From contig NW_027191404.1 of the NCBI RefSeq assembly GCF_041146345.1, forward strand, positions 2,418,001-2,482,000: a DNA stretch of 64,000 nucleotides, in the 5' to 3' direction. Source of the DNA: Neodothiora populina (taxonomy: Eukaryota). The notes below the pieces were generated by a model. It was not told the DNA's origin. It saw nothing but the letters and a program-made list of their open reading frames with translations, and ran no database searches. The position numbers were made by a program, and so were the translations under genes. Of the stretch, positions 23,636 to 35,177 are shown one piece after another (positions within the stretch are counted from its first letter, which is position 1; each line of letters opens with the position of its first letter).

Positions 23636-24716
23636 TCAATGATTGGCAGATTTGCGACGTAGAGTATTCTTTTTTGCTCGCTTCGTAAACACACATACCT
23701 TATATTCTATCGCTAAATTACAATTCCCTGTGTCCATCTCATCTGCTTTTTTGAAGAATAGCTGTGCATGTCCAATCACTGTCACTGCCCCAATTTGTGA
23801 CTATGAGCACCAATCCTGCCCATCCAAATCCACAGAGAATGTCGAACAGTGCACAGAGAGGGTAGGCAGTTCAGAAGCTACTGAAGAAAAGTCCCTTTAC
23901 AGTGACACCATTGCCGTCACACAAACACAAGGTAGACAGGTAAGGTACACAATGATGTATAAGGAAGTCTCACATCAATCCAGGTAGGATGAAAGCAACA
24001 AAGTCATCGCCCGCCCTTTTCGTTTCCTTCTCTACGCAACACACTAGCATACCTGAGTGTGATGATGTGCTTTGATTGAGTCGTATATGTGCAACGACTA
24101 GATGATGGGCAAGCAGAGTTCTGCTTGTGGGACTCTTGAAGGGGATCAAGGCAAAAACAGCGGGGATACGGGTTGGACATCGAGCTTGTCTTTAGTCATT
24201 ACTGATGTTCTGTCTTGTCTTTGCCCATGGGTGTCTACTGTCTGCCTATGGAAGTAGGGGGTTGGCGAGAGCTGTTTTTGTGGTTGGGTTAAGCGCAGGT
24301 ATTCAATGCTGGACTGACTTGTTGGATTTGTAAATTTCCGCAGGCAGATGTAACTACAAGAAGATGATAACGACGTAAGATAGGTCACATGCATAAATCA
24401 CAAAACCCAGAGCCTCTTGCAGACTACTCGATGTTTGCGCTCGCACGTTTCCTGTTCGGTGGCGACTGAGACGCATCTGACAATCTTGCTTTGAACAAGT
24501 CAGGGGTGGGGTGTCCGCCCCTCAAGTCCCGGTTCCCCTTTGCGAGTCGCGGCATATATATTATGCATTTGTTATCAAAAAATAAAAAAAGACCAGCTTG
24601 GTGGTTGAACTCGCTATGCACATTTTCCTCTTTCTCTTTCCACTTCCACTTCTACCGTCGCTCTCCTGGGCTCCAAAGAGGGGGGTTTTCAGAGGCTCTT
24701 GCAAGTAGGACAGATC

Positions 24717-25477
24717 CTAATAGCCCACGCTGATCAGGTAGTCTCCGAGTTGCTCGACGGTGTTTGCGGCGGAACCCGGCTGGACGGTTTCGGGGTAGTG
24801 AGTGACGAGGATGGCCTGGGTGGTCTTGACGACGACGATACCCTCTTTGCCCTATAGCGGTGTGCCGTGTCAGTTGTGAGGTCGCCAGGTGACTGAGCTC
24901 AGGGTGGGCTGCATACCTTCTTGCCGTACAAGCTTCGGTCATCAGCCTTGATGACGACGTATCGGTCACCAGCCACGTGGAGACCGGTGCTCTGGACCTG
25001 CTTGACATCCGCCTTGTCGGCATAGGCGGTGACAATCTCCTTCATCTCTGCGGGCGAAACCTATCATGTGAATTTCGATCAGCTGATTTGCCCAACACGC
25101 AAGCGGAGCATTTGCCCCTTTCTCGACATTCAATCTTTGCATCCGCCTAGTGCAAGCCAGCTTCAAGCTTGCTTCTGCGCTCTTGTTCTTCTTGAGAATG
25201 CTTAGAGCTTGGGATGAGACGTACGGTGAAGCCAGCGGTAGTTGCCCAAACGCTGTTGCCTTCGCTGTTGAAGATGGCGGCCTTGTCAACATTGCCAGTG
25301 CCAACGAGGCTACGAGGAGAGTAAGTTAATCGTGAAAACGCCACTATTCAGACAGAAGAACTGTCATACCTCTGGTCGACGTATGCTAGAATCGCATAAG
25401 TGTTAGTCAAGGGTCAAGCAAGCATACAGGCAACAAGGAGTTTTTGAAAGTGGGCGCGCCTTACCTTGCCAAGACAT
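24717..25477 (-). CDS. PFY1: Profilin, 130 aa, 5 exons (25477-25465, 25385-25370, 25309-25225, 25060-24917, 24851-24717)
   Basis: The spliced product reads MSWQAYVDQSLVGTGNVDKAAIF...GLHVAGDRYVVIKADDRSLYGKKGKEGIVVVKTTQAILVTHYPE...EQLGDYLISVGY. Two micro-exons (13 and 16 nt), all introns GT-AG, total 393 nt. Confidence 0.95.
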
Positions 25478-26254
25478 GATGTGGATGGATGTGTGGAAAA
25501 GATGATGAACAAGAAGTTGCAAAAGGTGGGGGGGGGGGCACAATTGAGCAAGAGTCGAAGATGCAAGACGTTGATGGGAAGTCGAGATAATTTTGTAGAG
25601 ACGAATTGGATGTGTTGATGGAGCAGAAGCCGGAATCAGCCAACAAACGCACGAGCTCCGGTTCAGGGAGGTGACTGACAATACAGTAGGTAATGTGAGG
25701 TGTCTACCAGTAAGGCGTCAGGGCGTGAGAAGCGGGGGCCGGTGAATGACGGACGCCGAGCTGAAACCCCCTAAATAGAGGGGCTCGCTGTATGGCACCT
25801 TCGCTTGCGCTTCTGGGACTTTGTGCTGTGTGCTTTGCTGATCTTAGTTTGCCTGGCAGCACTGGAATCATTATTGTGTAATAACCTCTGCCAGCCACTA
25901 GGTATCTACAGTAAGGTAAGCATTCAACAAGTATGCAAGGTGTCTTCTCATACCTCTATGTCCTGCCATCGTCTTGGTAAGATATTACGAAGTCAGGGCT
26001 GTCATACTACAAACCTCCGAAACAGTGCCGTCAACATTCTCCTGCTACTGCTACCAAAATGATGCCCTACATACACCGCTTGCTCATCAGTGACAGTCCT
26101 CTTCAAGAACCCGCACGATGCGAGAAACTCGATGAGAAAAGAATCCTTCTGCGCCCTGGATGAGTACAGAAGGGGGGTTGGTATTGTAGGTTGACCTCCG
26201 AGAGCTCGCTCGATGATAGTGAGCACCTCTGAAGATGCAACGCACAGTACCTGG

Positions 26255-26290
26255 TCATGTAACTTGACTTGATCATGTAACTTGACTTGA
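26255..26290. repeat. Perfect tandem duplication of 18 bp (TCATGTAACTTGACTTGA x2)
   Basis: Read directly from the sequence in the TRF4-profilin intergenic region. Confidence 0.85.
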
Positions 26291-26711
26291 CTGACAATCG
26301 AATCTCTGGCGCACTGGCGTGGCCATCATCGCAGACATTCTCTCACAGACTCGTTTGCAGCCTAGAACCAAGTGAGTACCGTACATCATCAAACACGTAT
26401 TGGGACTGGGCTGGATTGTGGGAAATGAACAAGGAAAAGAAAAAAGTTGCGCAGTCTCTCTGCAGATGTGTGGAATCCAGCTTGCTATTGGTACAGGACG
26501 CGTACGGGGGTATCGGCGAATAACACTCAGGTAGGCCGCCAGTGTGAAGAGAACTCGCTGATGCTGTAGTCATTCAAGGCTGCCGATCCACGGCACAATA
26601 CCTTTTCCATCCAAGAACGCCTCAATGCTGTCATCAAGGGTACAATGTCATACCCTCTGAACAAAAATCACCTAAACTCCATCATGACCCCGAGGTGCAG
26701 GATTCGTCCGA

Positions 26712-29669
26712 TCAAGTCGCAATGCCAGTACCATGTTTCTTCGTCAGTGTTTTGAACTCCGCCTTGGACAGTCTGGTAGGGCAGGCAATGCCAGGATGTG
26801 CTTTCTTAAATGCCAGGGCACGAGAACTCTCACTGAGTTTCTCTTGCTTGGACTTTGCTCCTTCATCTGTCTTCTTTTTCTTCTTCTTTTCCTTCTTAGC
26901 GGCCTTTGCTTTGGGGGCTTCGGAATCACCTGCTCCAGACTTTGTGCTGTGGTCAGAAGAGTTGTTTCTGGTCTTGTCGCCCTTCGACTTGGATGTCTTG
27001 CCAACACCATGATTACCAGGTTTCGTGGCGGAACGAAGGGTGCGGGGACCTTCTAGATCAATTGGCGATTCCCTTCACTAATCAGCCTGGTGTCAATGCA
27101 TTATGTGAGAGCTGAGACACACTTGGTACTCATATTACCGTTCGGAGTCTTCAGCTTCTTGTTGGGCTCATTGCGGTTCGGGTGAGACGGAGGTGCCAAA
27201 GGGCGGATGCTACCTCGGGGGAATCCGGCCGGCCTTATATGGTGTCACTACTCGTGGATCGCGATTATAAGAATCCTGCATGCCATACCTCGTCTGCCCG
27301 TCCCAGAGACTCCTCAGACGGGCGCGCTGCACTTCGAACAAGCTGTAATTCCCTCCCCAGATGCGCTCGAGGATGCTCATTCGTTCGCCATCGCGCTCGT
27401 AGACTTCTTCAGCTTCATCGAGACTGTCATTCAATTGACGGTATGCTCTGCGGAATGAGTCGAAGATGATGTCTACGTTCTTGGAGCCGCCTGAGATGTC
27501 ATTGTCGTATTTGTTCGGGTCGATGATGAGCAATCTCTCAGGTTGAGCCTTCTTTGCACCCCGCGGTGTCCAAAGAGTCTGATGCGGGTTTAGCGAGATG
27601 ATCTAAGCATCAGGGCGCGCAGAACTTACCTTGTTGATGTATCCCCAAGGCTCCATCTGAATACCTGTGGAGTATCGATCGAATTCTTCACTATAATGTA
27701 TTAAGAAGTCCATCAAGATATGGTCAAGATGCTGCATGGGGTCCCAGTCAGGTTCCTGAGCCTGCGCCAGGCGACGTAGACTACTGACGACTAAGCAGAT
27801 GACTGAATAGCCACCGAGACCTCCGGAGAACACCTCTGACAGGCCTCGCATCACGAGAAACTGCTTGATAAGAGCCACGATGATGGTCATGGCAGGATGC
27901 TTGATCTTCCACTCCTCGAATGTCCTCTGGGCAGTAATGCCGCTGTTGTTCTCAAACGAGACATCAACCCGAAGGCCAGTCTCGTTATCGACCAACTTGA
28001 TGATTGGCACTCGTGCACCGGTGATGACAGTGAGGGATCCGGGTTTGACAATTTTCGCCGTCACGAGGCAGTCTGCAAATTTACGCATCTGGTTATTAGT
28101 CGCAATGCGGGGCAGACCTCGACTCAGAAATTCCTGCGACACGGCAACCAGGTCCATGTCTGCAGTAGGCAAGTACAAGCCGGAGGCGAAGGAACCAAAT
28201 GGCTTGATTTGGACTTGTGGAAAGCGCGGCTGTATTGCCTGCTGTATGCGACGAACTAGGTTCAGACGCACTTGCTCTTCGAAATCGCGTGGTCTGACAT
28301 ACTCATAGAAGTCAATGATCTCTTGGTGAAGACTGGGACAGCCATCACCATCGAGCCTTAACCATGGTGTGGGATCAACGTCCTCAGGCGCAGACCACTC
28401 TTCAACTATGTCGCCAAGGTCATGAAAGTTACGCTTGCGCTTTTTACCTTTCTGAGCACTCTTTTGACGGGCGCTGGCAGTGCTGTCGGCAATGTCCTGC
28501 TTCATGGCGGCAGCGTTGAAGGCACCGCGGGCTGTGGGATCAGCATCAGGAGGCGGAGGAGGCCAGACATCAAGTCTGCCCGCCGGGAGCGTCATGTCTG
28601 TAGCCTTCGGAGGGGTAGCATCTGTTGCTACGATTCGGTCAGGATGCAGATTATTAAGATGACTGAATGAAGGCCTCTTTTCGAAGTTCGACTGACCAGC
28701 AGCCCTTTGTCCACCATTTCGTTCGTTCTCCGACGCAGAAAGTTCACCAGATTCGCTAGCGGACTTGGCATCATCCGCATCATCGTCGAAGTTTAGTGAA
28801 ATGAAATCCGAAGCTGCGTTTGATGCATCTTGCGGCTTCGCAGCTTCAACCTTGGCTTTACGAATCAGTTTCACCACGTCCTTTTTGTTTCTTTGGCCTT
28901 CTTCAGTCGGCGGGAGGGCCCAGTAAGGATCGGGATTAGACCATTTAGGCTTGCTCTCTTCTTGAGGGACAGCTACGGGACTCTGTATTCGCGCGCGTTT
29001 TGCTCTTGGATGTTCATCTTCTGAATCAGAATCATCTAAAGGTACAGCAGGCCGGGTGACATGGGGGTCTTCGTCATCAGAGGTGCCAAGATCCATTTCC
29101 TCGCTGTCGCTCTCCGACAAGTTCTCAAGGGCTTTGAATCGTGATTGACCTGCAGCCATACCTTCCAGCTGCTCGGGAGTGGGCTCTCTCTCAGTACGAA
29201 GTAGAGCACGATCGCCAGGACGCTTAGGCACATAGCCACCGCGTCCTCTCCCGCGTCCACCGCGTCCTCCGCGCGCGTTGTATGGCCGATCTCTTTGTCG
29301 GTCTCTTTGCTGTTGCGCCCTGGGTCCTCTTCTTGAGGAAGGATAGTCTGTAGAGGGTGCGAATGATGGTGCATTACCTGACTGAAAATCGAAATCGAAT
29401 TTTCGATCGTTGTCTCTTCGGCCACCGTAGCCTCCAGGTCTGTAATTGTCTCCACCATGATGATCTGGGCGATAGATATCGCCACCGTTACTATCTCTTT
29501 GGCTGTTTGCAGCACCGCGGAAGCGAAACATGCCTCCATCCGGAGGAGGCGGCGGAGGACGGTCATCGCGTGGCGGTGGAGGGCGATCGCGGTCGAATCT
29601 GTCATAACCACGGCGTGAATCACGAATGTCATAGTCAGGCCCCGGCCGATATGAGGAAGATCGATCCAT
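26712..29669 (-). CDS. TRF4: Non-canonical poly(A) polymerase, Trf4/Cid14 (TRAMP) type, about 933 aa; exons 29669-27630, 27578-27289, 27233-27123, 27072-26712 (last two introns tentative)
   Basis: Nucleotidyltransferase signature FGSFASGLYLPTADMDLV, ARVPIIK...VDVSF, GGLGGYSVICLV and PAP-associated LLIIDPN...NDISGGS. RG-rich N-terminus and Lys-rich last exon. Intron 1 (51 nt) is strong. Introns 2 and 3 (55 and 50 nt, AAG acceptors) are inferred because they keep frame into the Lys-rich tail. Confidence 0.88.
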
Positions 29670-30350
29670 GATTGTCAGGCGCGCCTAGAGAATGCGACCA
29701 GAAGAAAGCGACAAAGCGCAATATGCCACTGCCAACGGCAAGCGGCCAGTACTTGTGGAAGTAAATCCACTGTGCGCAAGCAAATGTTGCGCAAGTGTTC
29801 TGAAACCACAAGGGAATCTATCAGTCGATGGTATGTGATCAACGACGATTCGTAGATGCGCGTCGAGTACTGAATACTGCAACCAAAGGTGGGTCGAAGG
29901 GTGTTGCATTGTAGGGCGAGAAAGTTTCCGTCATAAAGTGCAATGCATGCAAATGCAATAGGGAAAGCGCCGCCAGACACGAGTACCTGCCTTAGCCGAG
30001 CGTGCAAGCTGCAGCCAATCGCACTGGCCCGCTCTGCGGGCGGGGCGGAGATGCCTTCGAGTAAGGCTTTGTTTGTCTCCCATATCTATCGAGTCATGTG
30101 CTACGATATACAAGTACTGTACCTCACCTAGTACCAATAATAGGGCCCCAGCCTTCACATGCACCCCTCGAGCTACTGTACCACATACGTACCTTAGCCA
30201 AAGGCACTGCTTTGTAATACAGCTAGCTGCCTTATCTCAACTTATTGTTGTCGTTGTTGCGGATGATGTAGTAGTCTCCCAATCACTCATATCTTGTGAC
30301 TCGTCCACTCACAAGCAGGTGCTTCGATATAGCCAGTATAACAATCAGAC

Positions 30351-31595
30351 ATGGAGGGTATAAAAATCGTCGAAGCAGCATGCCTCTGCGGCAACTTCGA
30401 TGTCAGGATAGCACTGCGTAAGACGTCGTTGCCACTACCTGCCACATTCTGCCATTGTGAAACATGTCGACGGTCTTCCGGCGCTCTGGCGAACAGCTAT
30501 GTCAATCTTGAGCCTGGAAGCTGGGCACCTGAAGCGACTGTTGTAGAGCGTCTCAAGGCTTACAAATCTTCTCCCTCTGTGTCGAGATACTTTTGCCCGA
30601 CTTGTGGTTGTCATGGTATATATACACCCTTGTACCTTTACTACCCTAGCTTGATATTTCTTTCCTTTCGTGATGAACCCAATAAAAACCCAGAATAACA
30701 TCCTTCCAACATAGTTCTGTGGCATGGACCCGGAAAGGATGATTGGCATGTCCCCAGTGGCGTCCTAAGAAAGCTCGACGGCGTGGCCCAATTCAGGAGA
30801 CATATCTGGACGCGAGACACTCTAGACGGCGGCTTCAGCGACTGGTTCCCATCACAAAACGGGCAGTCCCTCACAATTCCCGATGCCAGCTCTGCCCAAC
30901 AACCCCAACCAAGCGACTCTTCCTCTCCCGACCCGGACAAGCGCCTTTACGCGCACTGCTCCTGCGGCGGCATCAACATGTACATTTCGCGCCCATCGCC
31001 ATCCTCAGAGAAAGTCACATCTTCATCATCCACTCCCCCGCCTCCTCCTGATGTCCTAGTCCCGCACAACAGCGGCCCCTCGAACCTCTGCGCGAACGAA
31101 ACCTGGTGGCTCAGAGCCGACAAGCGCAAGTTCCTCGGCGGAATATGCGCCTGCGACTCGTGCCGCCTCGTCAATGGGTTCGAATTCATCTACTGGGCTT
31201 TCGTGCCCACGAGTGACATCTCTCTCGACCCGGCTGGCCACACGCCTTTTTCGAGAGACTTTGGCACGCTCAAAGCGTTTCGCTCCAGTGACGCCGCCAC
31301 GAGGTTCTTCTGCGCTGATTGTGGCGCCACGGTGTTCTGGGATGGAGATGTCAGGCCTGGTCTTATCGATGTTGCTGCGGGGTTGCTGAATGCTCCTGAG
31401 GGCGCCAGGGCGGAGAGTTGGTTGGAGTGGAGGACGGAGAGAGTGAGTGCTAGAGAAGATGCTGAGAAGCGGGCTAAGGGGCTTATTGAGGGTGTCGAGA
31501 GCGGATTGCGGGCTTGGGGAGAGAAGGTGCAGGATAGGAAGGGTCCACATGCTGAGTTCCTCAGGGTTCATGATGGTAATATAAATGAGTTATGA
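30351..31595 (+). CDS. Protein with two GFA/CENP-V (DUF636) zinc-binding domains, 381 aa, 2 exons (30351-30615, 30715-31595)
   Basis: Domain 1: ACLCG...FCHCETCRRSSG...RYFCPTCGCH. Domain 2: HCSCGG...ICACDSCRLVNG...RFFCADCGATVFW. One 99-nt GT-AG intron joins the two ORFs in frame. Confidence 0.9.
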
Positions 31596-31862
31596 GAGAG
31601 GGCGTGGACTTGGGAGATTTGGGTTATGAGATATGATTCACTCACACGGAACGACTAACGGAGGCTTATTGGAAAGAATAGCTTGGATCACGTTCATCTA
31701 CGATCTCTGTCGGAAGCCGAGCTTTGGTAGAGCATTGACGATATTTGTTTGATGGCTCATCCTTGAGAAGCCCACGTAAGCCCATGTATACAAGGCAAGA
31801 CAGGCCTAATGACTCGACGCATTCACCATACACGAGGCCAACACCCCATTCGTGCACACTTT

Positions 31863-33044
31863 CTAGCCAAGAAACCCCTTCTCCTGCATCTCAGCAACAC
31901 CCGGGGCCTCCACAGCCAATCTGCCCTCCCCTCTGACCCCGACAGCGTCTTCCAAATGCCGCAGCACATTCTTCTTGAACATCCACTGCACCGCCCTCTC
32001 CCTCTCTCTCCCCTCTTCTCCCTCCCCATCCGCCAAAGACGGCACGTACAGCAAATCCCCCTCCCCGAGCGCGCGAAAACTCTCACTGCCCCGCTCAGAA
32101 CGCACCGGAGCGCCTACGTGATTCGTCGACACGTGTCCGACCAAGCACTCTGCATTGTCCAGCATGCCCGCCAGATTCGGGGGTTCGCCCACAAGCCGGC
32201 TGAAGAAATTGAATCTGCAGAGTTTGACGGTCTTGCGCCAGGCGTCGCGCTCGTGGTCGATGTAGAGGTCTGGGCCGTGGTGGAGCTCGTCTAGAAAGCT
32301 GTATGGGACGCCGAGGGTCAGGAGCCGCGAGCTGTTAGGGATGTTATATGTGCGTCGGTTGGCGTAGGCGGCACATTTCAGGGCTAGGTCTCTTTGGGGG
32401 GTGAAGTAGAGGCCGTCGTTGAGGCGGGAGAAGTCGGATAGGGTGGGCTCGTGCTCGAGGAGATAGTCGAGAGATGTTTTTGATGCTTTGAGGGCGTCGT
32501 GGAGTTTTGCTGTTCGCCAGGAGCTGACACCTTTATATAGGACGACATTGGAGTATGTGTCGGATTTGTCGTTGGTGATGGAAGTGCGAGCTGGGGCAAG
32601 AGGATAGTATAACGACTGACATCCTCGACTGGCAAAGTACTCGTCCAAGGCTCTGACCCTGCTGCAGACCGAGTCTCGCACCCAGTATCCACAGCTCGCG
32701 GTGCCTCGTACGTCCGCAAAGGCTGGATCCATGATGGCGTCTCGAAGTTCCTTGCTGATTTTGTAATAGCCGAAGTACTCCTGAGAATCAAGTCCAATCC
32801 TGTCAGGCAAAGCTGACAACAGAGTATCGAGCCTGGTCTCTGGCGATGTCTCGGGGTTGCTCAACAGGAGCTGCTCGACGTACCATCTCCGGCTGGCTTC
32901 CTCTGGGTCGAAGCCGATGAACTCGAATGCCTGCTTGGAGCTTCTGCAGACGGGCATGACATAGCATCCAGGCGAGTCCGAAATGTCTCCGTGAGACGAA
33001 AGAAACGGCGAAGTTGCCATTCTTGCCATAGGCGTGTCCACCAT
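31863..33044 (-). CDS. Hypothetical protein (393 aa) with a C-terminal DUF3990/ADP-ribosyltransferase-like domain
   Basis: Intronless ATG ORF with ordered motifs VVLYKG, SDFS..GLYFTPQRDLA..AAYA, LLTLGVP, WRKTVKLCR, CLVGHVS and AVQWMFK. The CDS is likely real; the fold call is an inference. Confidence 0.75.
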   Translation of the reverse strand: MVDTPMARMATSPFLSSHGDISDSPGCYVMPVCRSSKQAFEFIGFDPEEASRRWYVEQLLLSNPETSPETRLDTLLSALPDRIGLDSQEYFGYYKISKELRDAIMDPAFADVRGTASCGYWVRDSVCSRVRALDEYFASRGCQSLYYPLAPARTSITNDKSDTYSNVVLYKGVSSWRTAKLHDALKASKTSLDYLLEHEPTLSDFSRLNDGLYFTPQRDLALKCAAYANRRTYNIPNSSRLLTLGVPYSFLDELHHGPDLYIDHERDAWRKTVKLCRFNFFSRLVGEPPNLAGMLDNAECLVGHVSTNHVGAPVRSERGSESFRALGEGDLLYVPSLADGEGEEGRERERAVQWMFKKNVLRHLEDAVGVRGEGRLAVEAPGVAEMQEKGFLG

Positions 33045-33608
33045 CGCTTTGGCTTGTTACGTTTCGACGCTGGATGTCTAGTACGGTAGCGAAGGACACC
33101 GAGGTACACCGACGCGCTGGATATCCTTGTGGGTTCCCGGCCTGGCACAAGACTAGTGAGAAGGCTGCTGGGAGGTTCGAATTCGCCGTATGCAAGATCG
33201 CTGGATATTGCGGTCGTAGCTGAGGATTGAGCAATATACGGAGAATCGAAAGGCCCCGTGGTATCCCAGCGGACCATAGTATGCACAGCAGATGGAGTAT
33301 ATAAGAGAGGTGATCGAGTAGCAGCTATTCGTCCGAATTCCCCAATTGTCTTTTGAAAACATATGATGATTGGTGAAACCGTCGGAAATCTTGATATCTA
33401 GCCAATATTTCCAAATTGGGGAAAGAGCAATATATATACTCTCCATTATGAGGTTGCAACAAGCTTGTCGCCCACATGACTTCAATGAAATATCGCAGCT
33501 GCTGCCAACAAGCCAGAGTTGAGTTTCATTGTGCAACAAGCTGAAAGTGTCACCTGCAGTCCTGCCAACTCATCGACAAAGGTAGAGTCAGGGAAGAGAG
33601 GTGGATCC

Positions 33609-35177
33609 TCAGTCGCTTTGTTGCATGTTCTCGATCAACTCTCCCACGTCCATGACCATCTCATCGTCGCCAAATTGACCGATGACTTGCATACCTATGG
33701 AGGTAGCACCTTCACTAGTACTAGACCCGTTTGCTTTCGAGATTGGAACACTGATAGCCGGCAGGCCAGCCAAGCTGGCGGGCACGGTAAGTACATCATT
33801 CATATACGCCTCGAAGGGGGTTTGACTGTCGACTTCGGCCAGGCTTGGTGGGAGTGTCGGAGCAGTCGGAGCGATCAGGACATCGACCTGAGTACTAGAG
33901 GCGATGGCACCGTCGCTGTCTTCATCATGTAGTGGGTTTTGTAAAGAAAAAACTCGATCAAAGTCTCGCTGTATCAAGCGCCGCACCTTTTGCGCCTGTA
34001 CGAAGTAATTGTCCATGGCCTCAGAGCTGAGTGTATATGCGCCGAGTAAGATACGGCGCTGGACTTCGGCACCAAACCCTTCGCCTCTCGTCCTTGCGAA
34101 CAGTGGCAGGTTTTCAGACGGACTGGCATCTGGGCCCGTAGTGCGAAAACCATAGCGGACTCCGTCATATCTAGCGAGATTAGATGATGCTTCAGCAGGT
34201 GCCAGCACATAATAGGCAGGAAGCGCTTGTTGGGTGCTCGGTAGTGATACAGGATGAATCGAATGGCCAGCGTCTTGCAAAGACCGGAGAAGCCTAGCCC
34301 ATGCGCCTTTCACGGCTGAGCTCAACGAAGTGGTGTTATACTCTCGAGGTACACCGATCCTCAATGTCTTGGCCCGATGACTCGTCGCAGCAAAAGCTGG
34401 AGAGTTTTCCTTGATCTTGCTGCGAAACGAAGGAGACAAGGATGTAGGATCCCGAGGATCATGTCGATCAAGACAGTGATACAAAGTCCTCGCATCGTCG
34501 ACATTGCTTGTAAGAGTGCCGACAGTGTCCAAGGAATTGGCGTAGGCAATGACTCCCCATCGAGACAGCCTGCCATACGACGGCTTGAAACCCACAGTGC
34601 CAGTGTAAGCGGCAGGAAGACGAACGGAACCACCCGTATCGGTGCCTAAGGCAGCCCAGCATTGGCCAGTGGCTACTGCGACTGCACTGCCACCACTGCT
34701 GCCTCCAGCAGAAAGTGGGCTGCCATTGCGACGGAGGTGGTTCAAAACAGTACCAGTAAATGGCGATCTTGAATGAGAACCCATACCAAACTCGTCCATG
34801 TTCGTTTTCCCAGCCAGGATGGCGCCATTGGATATCAGGTGTGATACGACAGTGGCATCATAGGGCGAAGTGTAGTCATCCAGGATTTCCGAAGAAGCAG
34901 TCGTGCGTAAGCTCTTAGTGGCTATGTTGTCCTTGATCGCGATGAGTTTCCCACGAAGGGTACTTCCATCTCCGCCATGTAGGCGTGACTCTATTATCGC
35001 GTCAGTCCCATCTGTAGAAAGACAAGCCACAGCTATCCCAGCATACACACCCTCGGCATCGTTCGCAAGCTTGAGCACATGTTTGGCATCAGCGAGACTG
35101 ACAAAGGCATTCAGCTCTGCATGTTTTGCCTGCCGCCCAATACATTGCTGTATGCGATGCACATTGTTCATCGACAT
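33609..35177 (-). CDS. HER2: Mitochondrial glutamyl-tRNA(Gln) amidotransferase subunit A (amidase signature), about 502 aa, 2 exons (35177-35051, 34990-33609)
   Basis: Motifs IAIKDNI, GKTNMDEFGMGS, GGSSGGSAVAV, GTDTGGSVRLPAAY, AEASSNLARYDG, GFGAEVQRRILLG and PASLAGLPAISVP. One 60-nt stop-free intron (GTGTGT...ACTGAC...TAG). Confidence 0.92.
   Translation of the reverse strand: MSMNNVHRIQQCIGRQAKHAELNAFVSLADAKHVLKLANDAEGVYAGIAVACLSTDGTDAIIESRLHGGDGSTLRGKLIAIKDNIATKSLRTTASSEILDDYTSPYDATVVSHLISNGAILAGKTNMDEFGMGSHSRSPFTGTVLNHLRRNGSPLSAGGSSGGSAVAVATGQCWAALGTDTGGSVRLPAAYTGTVGFKPSYGRLSRWGVIAYANSLDTVGTLTSNVDDARTLYHCLDRHDPRDPTSLSPSFRSKIKENSPAFAATSHRAKTLRIGVPREYNTTSLSSAVKGAWARLLRSLQDAGHSIHPVSLPSTQQALPAYYVLAPAEASSNLARYDGVRYGFRTTGPDASPSENLPLFARTRGEGFGAEVQRRILLGAYTLSSEAMDNYFVQAQKVRRLIQRDFDRVFSLQNPLHDEDSDGAIASSTQVDVLIAPTAPTLPPSLAEVDSQTPFEAYMNDVLTVPASLAGLPAISVPISKANGSSTSEGATSIGMQVIGQFGDDEMVMDVGELIENMQQSD

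Noticed and set aside
24199..24228. Minus-strand MGKDKTEHQ* resembling the EF-1alpha N-terminus
   Set aside because: It stops after 9 codons with no downstream GHVDSGKS or usable splice site. Chance match.
25061..25224. Longer (164-nt) profilin intron as a possible snoRNA host
   Set aside because: No paired C/D boxes or H/ACA structure are visible.
25700..26650. Short ORFs between TRF4 and profilin
   Set aside because: There is no consistent strand, splice model or motif. The region is explained as terminator plus promoter.
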